A stretch of DNA of 57,112 nt from assembly GCA_001929475.1 (NCBI GenBank), contig LXFE01000149.1, positions 1 through 57,112 of the forward strand, written 5' to 3'. The DNA comes from Neolecta irregularis DAH-3. Its lineage: Eukaryota. Below, piece by piece: positions 36,353-49,393 of this stretch. Position 1 is the stretch's first letter. Each line of letters opens with the position of its first letter. Both the position numbers and the translations under genes were made by a program. The notes under the pieces were generated by a model. That model had not been told where the DNA came from. It was given only the letters and a program-made list of their open reading frames with translations, and searched no databases.

Positions 36353-36397
36353 TGACGTCATCACAACACTTACGCGCAGTTGTTAGGGTTAGGGTTA
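36353..36397. promoter_or_regulatory. CRE palindrome (TGACGTCA) plus telomere-like TTAGGGTTAGGGTTA box upstream of the Slm1-like gene
   Basis: TGACGTCA at 36353-36360; TTAGGG x2.5 at 36383-36397. Confidence 0.5.
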
Positions 36398-36487
36398 ATC
36401 GCAGATGCTACCTCGAGTTTGATTAACTTTTCCACATGTAGAAATGTTTCATGCATCAACATAATCTTTTCTATTTTTATACAATGT

Positions 36488-38696
36488 TTATTCTGCCGAA
36501 GCGGCTATTGTGGGACTTAATTCATTCGTTAGCAATTTGGTAATTTTCCCAATGGCAACCGTGGTTCCCTGGTCTCGTAGAGTAAACCGACCCATAGCAG
36601 GACTGAATGTGTATTTTTCAACTGCGATAGGCGATGCCATGTCCAGTCGAGCAATCAACTTCATGCCCTTTGTCGCAAAAGCAGGCGCCTTTTTGCTACG
36701 TCGATTTGTCCGGTCGAGCTTGTGCAAGAGAGCCTAAAAAATCAAAACCTTTGCAGCTCGAGGGAAATATACACCAAAAGTGACTTCTTCGACAGCAGTA
36801 TGGATATGCATAACGCACGTATAACCAGCGGTGAGCAGATTCTTGAGATCGAGAATTGAGATTTGTGCTTCAAAAGAGGTTACAGTGCTGACAGGATTTG
36901 CCTTGCAACACAAGACTGACCCCATAAAGATATCTTCTTCCTCAATACCTCGTAAACGAAGTCGGACCTGGTCACCACAGAAAGCAGATTCTACTTCAGC
37001 TTCTGTTTCGTTGTAGATTGCTGTCACTTCGACAACAGCCTACATGTTAAGTGAAAAACAGACTGTCATAATACTTTATTTGGCATGATCATCAGACTGT
37101 GGCCTTTACGGATGCCTCCACTTTCAATCTTGCCTTCGATTACGGTGCCCATATCCTAAAACATCAGCACGTCTTTATCCAAGGGTGCAACTTTGTATTT
37201 GCCACCAATGGGCATCAGGAATGGAGCATTAAGCTTTCGAGCAAGCATTTGAACATTGTCAAGATACTCGATAAGTGATGGGCCATTGTACCACTGGCAA
37301 ATATTCTTTGTAAGTCTATCTTTTATATTTACACCTGTGTATCCTGAAACGGGCATGAACATGATATCTGTAATAAGTTGATGTGATAGGGAGGTGTCAT
37401 ACCTGTCTTTGGATTATAGCCGGTGTTTTTCAAGAATTTGGTAAGACCATTGACACATTCGTCATATCTTGAAGATTAACCAGGACGACGATGGAATCAA
37501 CCTCTCTTTAGACCAAGCAACAGTGGGATCGTCCATCTTGTTGATTACTACGACCAGCTTGTTGACGCCTTGGGTTTTCGCCAGAACGGCATGTTCTCGG
37601 GTCTGGCCACCCTTTTCGAAACCAGTTTCGTACTCGCCTTTTCTCGCAGAAATGACGAGTACCCCGATATCTGCTTGAGCAGCTCCGCCAATCATGTTTG
37701 GAACGTAGGTTTTATGGCCTGGTGCGTCGAGAATAGTATATCGGCGTTTCTCGGTTTCAAAATATGCTCGACCCACTTCCACAGTTTTGCCCTTAACGTA
37801 AGCATAGTTATACAAGTTGGAATTGCCTTTGATCTCTCCTCTTTGGTCGAATCTAAGGCCCAGCTCAGATACCAAGTCTCACGACTTGCTTCTTTTGCTT
37901 CTCGTTCGTACTTTTCCATGGTACGCTTGTCGACCATTCCGGTGAGGAAAAGAATATTCCCACCCATGGTAGATTTCCCGGCATCTACGTGACCAATGAA
38001 GACGACATTGATGTGTTCTTTTCCATAGATGTCATGCAATATTTCTTCGTCAATTTCATTCTGATCTCTTGTGACGGCATCAAAGTCTCGTCTCACGTCT
38101 GCAGACTTTGTCAGGTCGTTTTTTGAAATATTGGGTGCGATAGGATTTGTGTCTTTCGAGACATTATCGCAATTTTTCGAGGGAGCTGGTTTTGCTGGCT
38201 GTTTTGTAGAGACCTTGGGCGGTTCAGGAGTCTTTGCTGGCTTTGGAGGATCTGACGATGATGCGCCGAGTTTTATGACCTTGGGAGCAGCCGAAGGAGC
38301 AGCGGGAATTCTCTGGGACGGCGAAACAGAATAATTACGGGCTTGAGGCAAGGAGAATAAAGTGGGACTTTGTGCCGGGGGAGTGGATCGTGCAGTTTGC
38401 AGATCTAGAGGTTGTGAATGGTAAGCGTGGTCTTGCGAGCAGTAGGCCTGCGGGTGCTGGTACTGCTGATTATGCTGGACATACTGATTATGTTGATTAT
38501 GCTGATATTGATTTTGCAGGCCATGCTGATACTGATACTGATGCTGCTGCAGGTAATGGTCGGGCACTGCTGTATAACCACCACTTCCAGGCTGAAATAC
38601 TGGTGCTGTCATACGAAGGCCCTGCATCATCCTGCGCGTATTTTCTTCATCCTGATCAGGCAACCCCTGATGGGGGTAAGGATTGTTGTTGGTCAT
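36488..38696 (-). CDS. SUP35: Translation release factor eRF3 with Q/N/H/Y-rich N-domain
   Basis: GHVDAGKSTMGG, WYLSWALD, GKTVEVGRAYF, LDAPGHK, NKMDD, GRFTLRDQG; 6 introns incl. GC-AG 37792-37826. Confidence 0.97.
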
Positions 38697-38777
38697 ACAG
38701 ATCGAGGTGAAGCAGGAGTAGTTGCACAACCACAAATATCAGCGATAAAAAAGTAATACACGTGCTGCTGCTACGCC

Positions 38778-40685
38778 ATGGATGCTCTACTTGCCAGAGT
38801 CGGTTCTCAGGCTGCAACTTTTGCAATCCGCAGCGGAATCAGCTTTGCTTCAGCTGTAGCTGCTCGCCATATTTCACGTCTGATCAAAGATGCGCCCAGA
38901 CACGCACAACGCCAGTTACACGCTGCAAAACGAAAGCTGGATGCAAAGATCAATATCATTTGTCCTGCAATAAACCTTCTCGAGACAATGTATGGCTATG
39001 GAGAATGGCTGCTGAATCGTAGAGCCGCCCGTGGCAATACCACTCTTGATAGCACCATCAGCCTGACCGCCGGCCTGCGCAAAGATATCGATGTTTTCAA
39101 CGAGAAGTTGTCTCTTATCGACCCTGCCAAACCAAGCGAGAAGGAGATCCAAGCGGTTTTGAATGATATAGGAGACTTGCAAGCTCGGATCGAAGACGTA
39201 ATTTGCCATGGCTGGCCTTGGTCTGACACCCAGATTGTGCCTCTCATCAGTCTCGCTCTTACCACTTCGGGTGCCAATCTTACTTCTTCACTGCCATATA
39301 CCGTCTCGCCTTCACGTCTACTCCAAGCCTCTACTCTTCTTTTCTCTGCAGACAATGCATATTCTCACGATGTTTCGTATTCTGCCCACCAGATCGGCCC
39401 AGTTTATGTGCTGCGTCTTTATACTCTCTTCTCTGGCAGCAATCGGGCTGCAAATATGGTTGCAGCCAAGGACTTCACTTGGAAGGAGGAGCATGCAAAA
39501 TGCCATGTAACAGTGTTGAGAATTCCCCACTCGCAAACCGGCATACCGCGTTCTTACAACTACGAACTGAGAATCTCAGAAGACCTGAATGATGGTCGCT
39601 ACCACGAAGAACTAGAATCTGCAAATCAAACGGCTCAATCTGTCTTCACACCGGGCCGTATTCGCGCAATTCCGATTCACGAGGTATCTCGATGGCACAC
39701 AAAATATCTTCTGACATGAGAGATTTCACGTCTATTCTTCACTGCTTCAGGCACTCTTCTTAATATAGAAGATGCCCATACGCCTGTTCTTGTACTCAAA
39801 CTCGTTCATTCATCGGACGAGTCTGAGCTCGATACTGAGGTGCAAGAGCCCACGGAGGGAGATGAAGACCACGAACTTGATCACATTGAATGGGTTGCAT
39901 TTGAGCTGTGGCAAGACGATCAAGTGGCTTCAGATGGATTCGAGGAGGATGATCTTGACGAAGACGACTCGTCGCTCTCCTCAGCAATGGCTCTCGCCGC
40001 AATAACCGATTGCCCGCAATTGAATCCCGACAGACCTATTCGGTTGCGAGAGACCTATGACATGGTTAGCTCTGGATCCTTGTCACTTTTAGAATACACG
40101 CTCAGATTAAGCGCTCTTCAAGAAAACCAGCAAACGAGCGTGCTTCATCTTCCAGATGAACTAATTTCGTTATTCCTACGGGACGAAAATGGAGATTTAA
40201 AAGGAAAAAGAAATGCGGAACATGAACGGCGGAACTGGGATCCATTAGCGACGCCCATGTTGGAAAAATATGCAACAGATGAATATAGTTCTCCTCGTTC
40301 TAGAAATACACCAGCGTTGATAAATGGATCTGCAGAACGGAGGAGCGGGTCATTAGAAAGTATATCTCGTACACCTACGCGGAAGAAGCCGCTTGCCAGC
40401 TCTTCAACGGGTCGGATGCTGGAGAGAACACACGAGCTTGTCGGCGAATCTTCACCATCAGCTGGCAAACCTGTGGGTGAATCTCCGATTGTCAAGTCTG
40501 ATATCGGGAAATCCGAGTCTGTGGGCGAATCTATGTCCATTACAAAATCTGATATAGGGAAACCCGAGTCTGTGGACGAATCTCTTTCGACTTCCAAGCC
40601 TGATGTTGGGCAACCCGCTGTGGAAGAATCTCCTCGTTCGATTTCCAAGTCTATTGATGTAGAGCAATCCCAAATTCCGCCTTGA
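38778..40685 (+). CDS. YRB30: RanGTP-binding protein Yrb30 family
   Basis: MDALLARVGSQAATFAIRSGI, AARGNTTL, PLISLALTTSG, SPSRLLQAS, EDLNDGRYHEE, LSLLEYTLRLSALQ. Confidence 0.85.
40440..40655 (+). repeat. Degenerate coding 48-51 nt tandem repeat (VGES....KSDIGKPES) in the Yrb30 C-terminus
   Basis: 3-4 units starting gtgg(gt/gc/ac/aa)gaatct. Confidence 0.75.
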
Positions 40686-40774
40686 GTAGTCTACAAGATT
40701 GTACATAAAGGGTTTCCTTTTATCTAAATTTAATAATTATCTCCATATTTCCATATATTAATGATGATAGTTTG

Positions 40775-41872
40775 TTATTCGTGACCGATGCAGCCCAACC
40801 CGAGCAATTCAGGAAATTCTTCAAATGATTCGACAGGGAACTTTTCAAAGGGGTCAATGGGAAATTCTTCAATGGTATGACGAGGTAAATGGGCGATGGC
40901 GTTCCTGGTGGCATCGTTTCCTGGATGCGTGGCACACCCGACACAAGCACAGCTATGGATGTAAACCCAAGTAAAAAGAGATAAAACTAAAATACCCTTC
41001 TCCGCAGAGACATACGACGCCTGGATTAGCGCACCCTGAACGATAGAAGAATTCTAGCTGTTGGCTGATGTCTGGGTTGCGTGGATTTTGGGGTGTGTAT
41101 ATCTGCGTTGTTTGCTGGAGTAGCTGTTCGCCTGTTGGTAGTTCAAACAGACAGTGAGTTGCGGGTATATTGTCTGGGTGGGTAGGATACGTGAATAATT
41201 GTGCCGAGCACGAAGGAGTGGGCTGCTGGTAGCTGAAACTGGGATAGTGCATTGCTACTGGATCTGCAATCCACGGTTCAATGATGGGATTAGAATCAAG
41301 ATTAGAATCAAGATTCGAGTCGGTGCATGGAATGCTGATGCAGCCAGTCAAAGCCGAGTCTGTAGATGCCGCATTTACAATAGGAGCGCGGTCTCTGAGA
41401 CTGCACGGCGTCGAAACAGACGACAAATCGTCATCAGCAATAGTCGAAGCATCTCTTCGAGATTTCGAGTCGAAGGGCGGCACCGACTGGATTTTCGCAG
41501 GTCCGCACAAACAGGCAGTGCCCGTAAAACACGCACAACTCCCGAGCTCGAGCTTCAAAGAGCATTTCGAGCCACGTCTGGGTCGAATAGCAGCCGATGA
41601 ATTTGCCACAAGGGAGCGGTCATCTTTAATCCCCAACGCTTTTGCACGGTCACCACAGTCGCAGCGCGAATGGATATTTGCCTTGCGATGACCACGGCAG
41701 TGCGCACATTGGGTCGGAGGACGGCCTTTTGGCTGGACAAGCTGGAGATCACGATCGTCATGGGAGCATTGGGATGCCCTATGGCCACGAATACACTGGG
41801 CGCTGGAATTAAAAAGGAAATCGGCAATCTGGAATACCAGGCCCATTTCTGGCCGTCGCGGATGAAGGCCAT
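40775..41872 (-). CDS. Copper-fist transcription factor (Ace1/Mac1/Cuf/GRISEA family)
   Basis: GQKWAC|AQCIRGHRASQCSH..KGRPPTQCAHCR; Cys clusters CACFTGTACLC and CLCGEG|CACVGCATHP. Confidence 0.9.
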
Positions 41873-41965
41873 CGAATGGGTACTTTGTGGGAGGGTTGAC
41901 AGGGTGGTTCGGCTGATTTTGATTTTGATTGGATTGAATTCGGGTTCAGGCACCCGCTGTCTTTC

Positions 41966-43593
41966 ATGACCACCAGTTCATGCGACCACCCGCAGATCCC
42001 TGCAATACAAATCGCCCTTCCGCATGTCACCGAGGCTATTGGATTGTTGTACACCGCAGATTCTAGCAGCAGCAGTAGCGGCTGCAGCAATTGTTGTGAG
42101 CCGGAATCTTCGACAACGGGCACTTTTCCACCAGATGCCGATCCTCTTTGTCTTGAATATTCCCAGATCCAAACCCTCCGACGTCTTTCGATGGAACTGG
42201 TGCATTCGCCAGACCCGGATCTGCCCGCAGCGCTCTCTTCGCCGGATCCCTCACCGCTCTTTTGGGTGCCCGCCCATCTGCATCCCACCCTTTCGCCTGC
42301 CGAATTCCGCGCCTTTATCCAGTCGCGGCTTGACGATGTGCAGCCTTGTAACGAAAGTCTGAGTGTGCCAGCGGGTTTGGGCAGGAGAAAATCGCTGCTT
42401 TCCCGCGAGATCGAGAATACGGACGGCAGCGGCGCTATCGGATACAGCGACAAAGGGTCGCAGCTTTCTCGCAGTTCCTCTATCGACAGACAGCATCTCG
42501 CTACTTCGGACCCAGACACGATCCGCTCGCTCGCAAAAGTCCTTGCAACAGTCCCCAACCACCAGAATACCCATACAGTTGACAGTACTTTTTTGTTACA
42601 CAAATACTTTTTTAATTTATAGACGACGACGGCCCAAACGACACCCCTATACTAGTACCATTACCCGGAAAATCTCTCAGGCGATCGGCAAAAACATTCT
42701 CGAGACGTACGCGAGGCGGGAAACCTCTACATAGAGCGCAGACACTTGTCATCCAATCTACTCCTCCAGACCCCATCCAATCTGATCCTACCACTGATGG
42801 AATACCTCAATCCGCAACCGCTCTTGAGGAAAATATGCCTCAACACGGACGATACTCAAAATCTGTAGAAACTCTAGCCACTGTGGAAGCTATAATGGCT
42901 CCACCAAAGCGACCGCCTATTCGGCCACGATCAACTTCTGACCAAGCTCCTGTACCTACCACCCACCTCCCCGACCAAGAGACGCCCGCTAAACCAACAA
43001 AAAAAGGCTGGAGGCTCTTTGCAAATGAGAAGGACCGTTCAAAAAATCGCTCAAAGCGAGACAATATAGAAGACGACCACAAAAGTAAAGAAGAGCCGCT
43101 TTCACGCAAAATCCCTTTGACAAACATCGTCTCACTTAAGAAGGAGAAAGAACCAAGTCTGTTTTCGTCATTATTCGGCTCACGTCAAAAGGCTGCTGTA
43201 GAGAAGTCCTTTGCAGTTTCTCCTACTGCCAGATCGTCGTTATCAGATGATGACACAGAAACACAGCCTCTGTCTCACCCACCACTTGTAAGACATAATT
43301 TCGTGCGCTATTCCCTCCACACGGAACGTGCAATATACCGGTTGTCGGTGGTTAAAATATCCAACCCGCGGCGTCCTCTTGTTCAGCAAGTGCTTTTGAG
43401 CAATTTCATGTACGGATATCTCAATCTGATAAACGAAAGTCAGCCTACAGGACCCGGTCCAGGACCCTCCAAAAACAATTGCGGCCATTCGCGTCGGCAT
43501 CGATCCGGGAGCAATGCGACTCCGCCCAGTCATCAACCTCGGCCAGGATTTCAGTTTCCATCGCCCGATGTGTCGAAAACTACCCATATCTGA
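41966..43593 (+). CDS. ZDS1: Zds1-family PP2A regulator
   Basis: LFWVPAHLHP..P.EF..F and Zds_C motif ERAIYRLSVVKISNPRRPLVQQVLLSNFMYGYL. Confidence 0.88.
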
Positions 43594-43781
43594 AATTCAT
43601 GTCGCATACGGGATATATTAGTTGTATTTGTTGCAGGCATTGGTAGGAGGAGTTATTTCTTCACATGTCAATAGTTATCATGATAGCGATAATTGGTGTT
43701 ATTGTGCGACCATGCCGCTAACGCCCTGCTCACCATGATAACCCCCAAGAAAAACGTAATTCTCGCTTTCTTCCACTTGCC

Positions 43782-45630
43782 ATGCGTCTGCTTGGTGCTT
43801 CGACTCGTCCTAATCCCCCGGCTTGCGAATGTCTCGATATCAAACTCACAAATGCAGTTCAGAACCTCGACCTGATTCTGCTGCCGCATCCATCAAACCC
43901 GACTTGTGTGTCTCCGGCTATTCATGGTGCAGTGACATGCTCCCTGCGCGAAGACATGGCCATCCTGGCAGTCACCGTCAGACTTGATGCGAAATGTTCC
44001 ATCTGGTACTGCATATTTACTGGTATTTGTTGACTCTAGGTTCACTGAACAGCTAGAAAATAGACATCCGCGTTCGTATCGCCAAACTATCCCACTGTTT
44101 GCTATACTCTGACATTCATCTGACAAAATAGTGTCAAATCTGGTACACAAGTTATCAGCTATGCCGGCCCTGGTGGAACCAAAGTTGTCCATTCGCTCGC
44201 TGCTGGTGCCCAAATCCATCAGGGCAATGCTAAACTTGTAGGACCACACGAGTTTCCATTCGTCATAAAACTACCAGAGGGTCTTCCCCAGAGCATCGAG
44301 GGGCTTGATGGTGCTCGAATAACATACACTCTTCATGCCACAATCGAACGCCCATCTTTTGTTTCAAATATATCTGTCAAAAAGGTTTGCAAAATATAAT
44401 GCAAAATTGTTCATGGTGGCAGGTTGTTCGTCTGATCCCTGAACTACCTATAGACACCTTTGACTTTGATCAATCAGCGGTATATATGCACTTTCTCGAC
44501 TTTGGACATTAGTAATTCAAGGATATCACTGCCGAATGGCGAGGAAAGGCAGATTACAACATTATCGTTCACAAAAGAGGACTCGCTATTGGGTCTCGAG
44601 TAGCTGTCTCGATTAATGTTACAAGCCTCCAGAAAGGACTCTATTTGCAAGTAGTAGAATGCTATCTCTGCGAACACAAAACGCTCATGGTCAATAACAA
44701 CGGGCCCTCACATGCTCGTCATCACCTCTCGACCCGTAACGACCTTGATTATTTCATTGTCGAAGAAGCTGGAAGTGATCTTAATCGATGGAAGATCACT
44801 GGATGGTTAGAACTACCGAACAGTCTGAAAAAATGTTGTCCTACTATTGAGACCGAACACGTTGCAGTCAAACACAAGTATGAACTTGACTCTGAGAGCA
44901 TATTTATACACATAGGGTTCATGTCGTTTTCCATTTCGTCGCTCCGCCAGCAGCTAATGAACAAAAACCGGAAGTCCTCCAGGTATCTAGTATTAAATAC
45001 CCCATTCTAATTTATTCTCTATAGCTTCGAGTTAAACTCCCAGTCTTGCTCTATATCGCTCCGCAACGACTTCCAGATGAATCAGAAAGCTCTCCGGCTC
45101 GGGATTATGAAACAAATTCACGGATGGAAAGTGTTCTTCCCACATACCATGATCGGAAGTATGATCCAATGCTTTGGGCAGGTCTCACAGTCTTGACACC
45201 TACACCTAGTGGTTCGAGCACGCCTGGTATGACATTAATCACCGGAAGAATATGCTAAGCAAGTTTAGCACTTCGCAGTCGCACAAACTCATTCGATATA
45301 GACACCTCATTTCCCAGGTTTTCTCACACCCTGTCCAAAATTCTCCAACACGCACCATCAAACTATGCAAGCTCAAGCCAAGCAATCTCAGATGAAGATC
45401 TTATCGCGACTCTTTCCATAGAGTCTTCTGCGGCCGACTCCTTGACACCAGACAGAACTCCACGCGTGAGCCGACCTTCCTCTGGAATGGGAGGTGCGCC
45501 AATAGATATCAATGAGCTTTCTCAGGTTCCTGGATACGACATTGCTGTCAGGACTTGCGCCCAACCACTGAGTGAATCACTTCCCCCTTATTCTTCTGCG
45601 ACTGCATCAGATTGCGCAAAAGGGACCTGA
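43782..45630 (+). CDS. Alpha-arrestin HECT-ligase adaptor (Rod1/CreD-like)
   Basis: GPHEFPF..LP..LPQSIEGL..ITYTLHATIERP; PY-type motifs LPTY, VPGY, LPPY; 6 introns. Confidence 0.8.
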
Positions 45631-45787
45631 TTAGCGGCGCTGTATTATATTCATGTATTCTTACCCCTTGTACATAACCAAACGACCAATAGACATCCTT
45701 ATTTTCCTTGCGGCTTTGTTCATTGTATTAATCCTGTAGCGTACACGTGCAACTTAAAAGATTTTCCGGAGAGCCCATGATCATCAT

Positions 45788-47532
45788 ATGTTCCGAGTGT
45801 CACCAATCTTGAAACGAACTATTCAGACAAAATCATATGGCCAGCCTCTGCCACAGACGCATCCTCATTTGTTTACATCTCATCTAGAATGTATAGCTAT
45901 TCGTGGTCATGTTACTGAAACAATCGTCAAGTAACACCAGGTATTCCCGCCAGTGAATACAAATCGAGACGGGATCGGCTCGCAGCAAAACTTTCCGAAG
46001 GAGACCTTGCCATTATCGCTGGTAGCGCAGTTCAATGGCGTTCATCGAGTGTTTTGTGCGTACCTGAAACTATATAATTTTAAAATATGCAGTTATCCGT
46101 TCTACCAAAATTCCGACTTTTCGTATATTTCAGGTACCCCCGTTTTACTTTGACAGTCTACTCATCATCAGGATTTCTAGAGCCGGATGCATTGATTGTC
46201 CTGGAACGATCAGATAGCTACGACCGTGGATATAAATATCATTTATACGCCCGCGAAAAGGACCCACATGAGGAAACATGGCAAGGTTCACGTTCTGGGA
46301 ATCGAGCTTGTATCAAGATTTTCGGTTCAGACACCTCGACTAATATTGCCACAATGAGTTCCTCGTTGAATGAATTAATCACGAGAGCGGGTAATATATA
46401 CGTTGATCTTCCAACAAGATCGTCACCAAAGGACTTCCTCTCTCCGAAAGTATTACGGGTAAGGATGTCAAATTTGCAGGAGGCTATAGATCAATTGTTG
46501 TCCCACAAGTACGTTTTGCCTCTTTCATCAATATTACATCCTATGCGTGCATTCAAAAGTCTCGCTGAAATTGAATGCATGAGAAAAGCAGGGGAAGCTT
46601 CTTCACAAAGCTTCGACTGTGTCATGAGTCAAAGCTTTAAATTGGAGTCTGCCCTCTGGGCGTGTTTTGAACATGAAATTAGGCGTAATGGTTGTCATTC
46701 TGATGGATATGTACCTGTTGTTGCAGGGGGGGAAAATGCTTTGATCTTGCACTACGTCGAGAATAATAATGTGCTGCGGTAACAAGAATGTATAAGAGTT
46801 TCCAGTAAACTCGTAGGAATGGAGATCTGGTCTTACTGGATGGGGGAGGAGTATGCTCCCTGACATCTGCTTCAAGTTAACAAGAGTAGCAATACGGAGG
46901 TTATACCGCCGGTATGTCAACCCAGATATGGAACTAATTTTCCAAAAAAAGATATTACGAGGACATGGCCTGTGAACGGTAAATTTTCATGCGCGCAGAA
47001 AGCTCTTGTCTCTGCAGGTAGATACTATACTCTGTTCACATCATAACATCTTAGTTTTGGAAGTGGAAAAAAAGTGCATCAAGTTGTGCACACGATCAGC
47101 CGGTTTGTCTCTTGATGATATCCATGACAAAAGCAAAGAATTCCTTGCTGCTAAGTTGAAAGAAATTGGATTCGGATTTGAAAACTACGTACGATCAAAA
47201 CCTGACTTGTTCTTATGCTAGTCTCTAACTGATATTTATCCTCATCATATCGGGCATTTCGTTGGACTTGATGTTCATGACTGTGCTAAATTTCCGCGTC
47301 ATCAACATCTAGAAACTTCGCAAGTGGTAACAATCGAACCGGGCGTATATGTTCCAAACGATGACAGATTCCCCAAACATTTTCGAGGAATGGGAATTCG
47401 CATTGAAGACTGCGTACTTGTCGGGGAATATTCACCAACCCTGTTGACCAATGTCATTTTTATCATTGTTCCTGCATGCTAATCATCTAGGCTCAAAAAG
47501 AGATTGAAGTGATCGAAAGTCTTCGTTCATAG
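45788..47532 (+). CDS. ICP55: Mitochondrial Xaa-Pro aminopeptidase Icp55
   Basis: GQP..THPHL, YVPVVAGG.NA.ILHY, QYGGYTADITRTWPVNGKFS, HHIGHFVGLDVHD, VTIEPGVYVP, GIRIED; 9 introns. Confidence 0.92.
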
Positions 47533-49232
47533 TACTTTCTGACGCAGCTTGACCTTACTATCGACGTCGATAAAAGCTTCGAAACCGGCTCGCTCTAACG
47601 TTACTGATGGCACAGTTCTGAGGGCCTCGAGGCTTTCGACAGCAGCCTGATTCGTAGTGTTGTTTTTAAGAAGGTTGCGGATACAAAAGATAGCATATTC
47701 TCTTAGATCTATATAATAAGTACCCGGTTAATGTGTGTAATTCTTACAGGGGTTGTTATCGTCAATGTGGCACTGCGACAAGATGAGCGGAAGAACCCCC
47801 ATATTAAATACACGGTCTTGTATTGTCCTGGACTCGAAGGATAGCGAAGCGACCAGGCGGAGACAATCCCGTTTGATGAAAGCAGACCTAGAATTAGGCT
47901 TTCCTGCACTCCTTCGGCGTGGCTCTTGAACAGCGTCGATTTGATCGGCGTTTTTCAGCATTGCTAGATATTAGCAATTCATATCGACATCAAGATCGAA
48001 TACAAATGACGATTTCCAAGATCTCTTCAGAGGGCATAATTATTCTTACAGATTCTTCAACTGACAAACGAAAGAGTAAGTCAAGGAGGGACAGAGCAGA
48101 TGGGAAGAGACAAGAGTCTGGCAGTATTTCCGCCGCCTGTTGCATGTAACATTCCGTCTGCTTGAAAATGATACGGGCTATATCGAGTATATCTTTTGCT
48201 ATAATAGCACCACAAGTACTGTAAACAGATATAACATCCTCGGTAAATGCCGTATCGATGATATAGATAATGTTGTCTTGTTCTATGCATATGCCGTCAA
48301 CTCTTGTCATTAGGCAAAATTTTCGAGGACCCATACCGCGAAAACTTTTGAAAAATGGCGAGCAGCACGCGACACTCGATCAAGCGGATAACGATATTTG
48401 CCCTGGATAAACTTAGAACAACTTCCGCATCGAAAAGATTACATTACATCGGCCAAGACCCTATTCTCGGTGACGTTCGTATCAAACGAGAGCAAGTATT
48501 GCAGAAGCTTGGGGCCGGTTGAAGATTCAGTAAATTCGATGCTTCATTGTGAGGAAGTATAAAAATGTGAGCTGTACCAAATTGATTTGCTTTGGCTAAT
48601 CATATTTAGCGTTAGTATTGCCATTGCCTCCCCTAATTCTGTATGATTTTCTCTCCCTGCCAAACTAGAGTAAGCTTTGATCTTTTAGTAGCAATATACA
48701 CAGTCAAGATGTCAGTCTCAGGCAAAGTCCACCTATGCAATAGCTTTTCTGTCATCTCAATGTTTGAAGTGATTGAATTTGAAAGGAACTGGAACATCAA
48801 GCACAACAACTCTACGATTTTAGCAGGAAAGAGATGGAGAAACGCACTCTCATGAGGTTTGATCAGAAGCACATTGCTCTCCAATAGGATATCGAACTCT
48901 ACTTGACTAGACATCACTCAGGAATGCTACCTTCAAGTGCCTTACCTCGCGAGCGCCTGAGCTGTAATTCCTGCTGCAAGAAGTGTCCTAGCAGATCGAA
49001 GAATTGAGCTAGCCAGTCCCACAGCGGCATCATTATCGAGCATTTGGATCACATTTCTCATTATATTGTACAGGAAAACCCAAACGGAAGGTTTCAGTGC
49101 CAAAGTAATTCTCTCTTCTGGAGAAGCGGCTATCTGTGCTGCAAGTTCTTTGAGTGTATTACCAGCTCCTTGATTCCCTACTAAGAGGTTATTTTCATCG
49201 AAACATGCTAGAAAGGATGCTGGGCTGTCCAT
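47527..49232 (-). CDS. Ataxin-10 / Ctr86 family ARM-repeat protein
   Basis: KRDCLRLVASL..IQD..GVLPLILSQCHIDDNNPYLREYAIFCIRNLL.NN..NQ (Atx10 homology). Confidence 0.85.
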
Positions 49233-49393
49233 TTTATTGGTCAAATTTGTGATGTAGTTACGTTCTATATATTATCGCACGATTGTAGAACTTAACCACC
49301 ATACTCATCTCCGTCTTTCAATAGTAAGGTTGGATGGACTCTCTCGGTCTCGTCCTCTCTGCCTGATTCGCATTATCAAAATTGACTCCCTAT

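Noticed and set aside
36383-36397. Telomerase RNA template
   Set aside because: Lies in a 215-bp intergenic gap, too small for a fungal TER; better explained as a DNA motif
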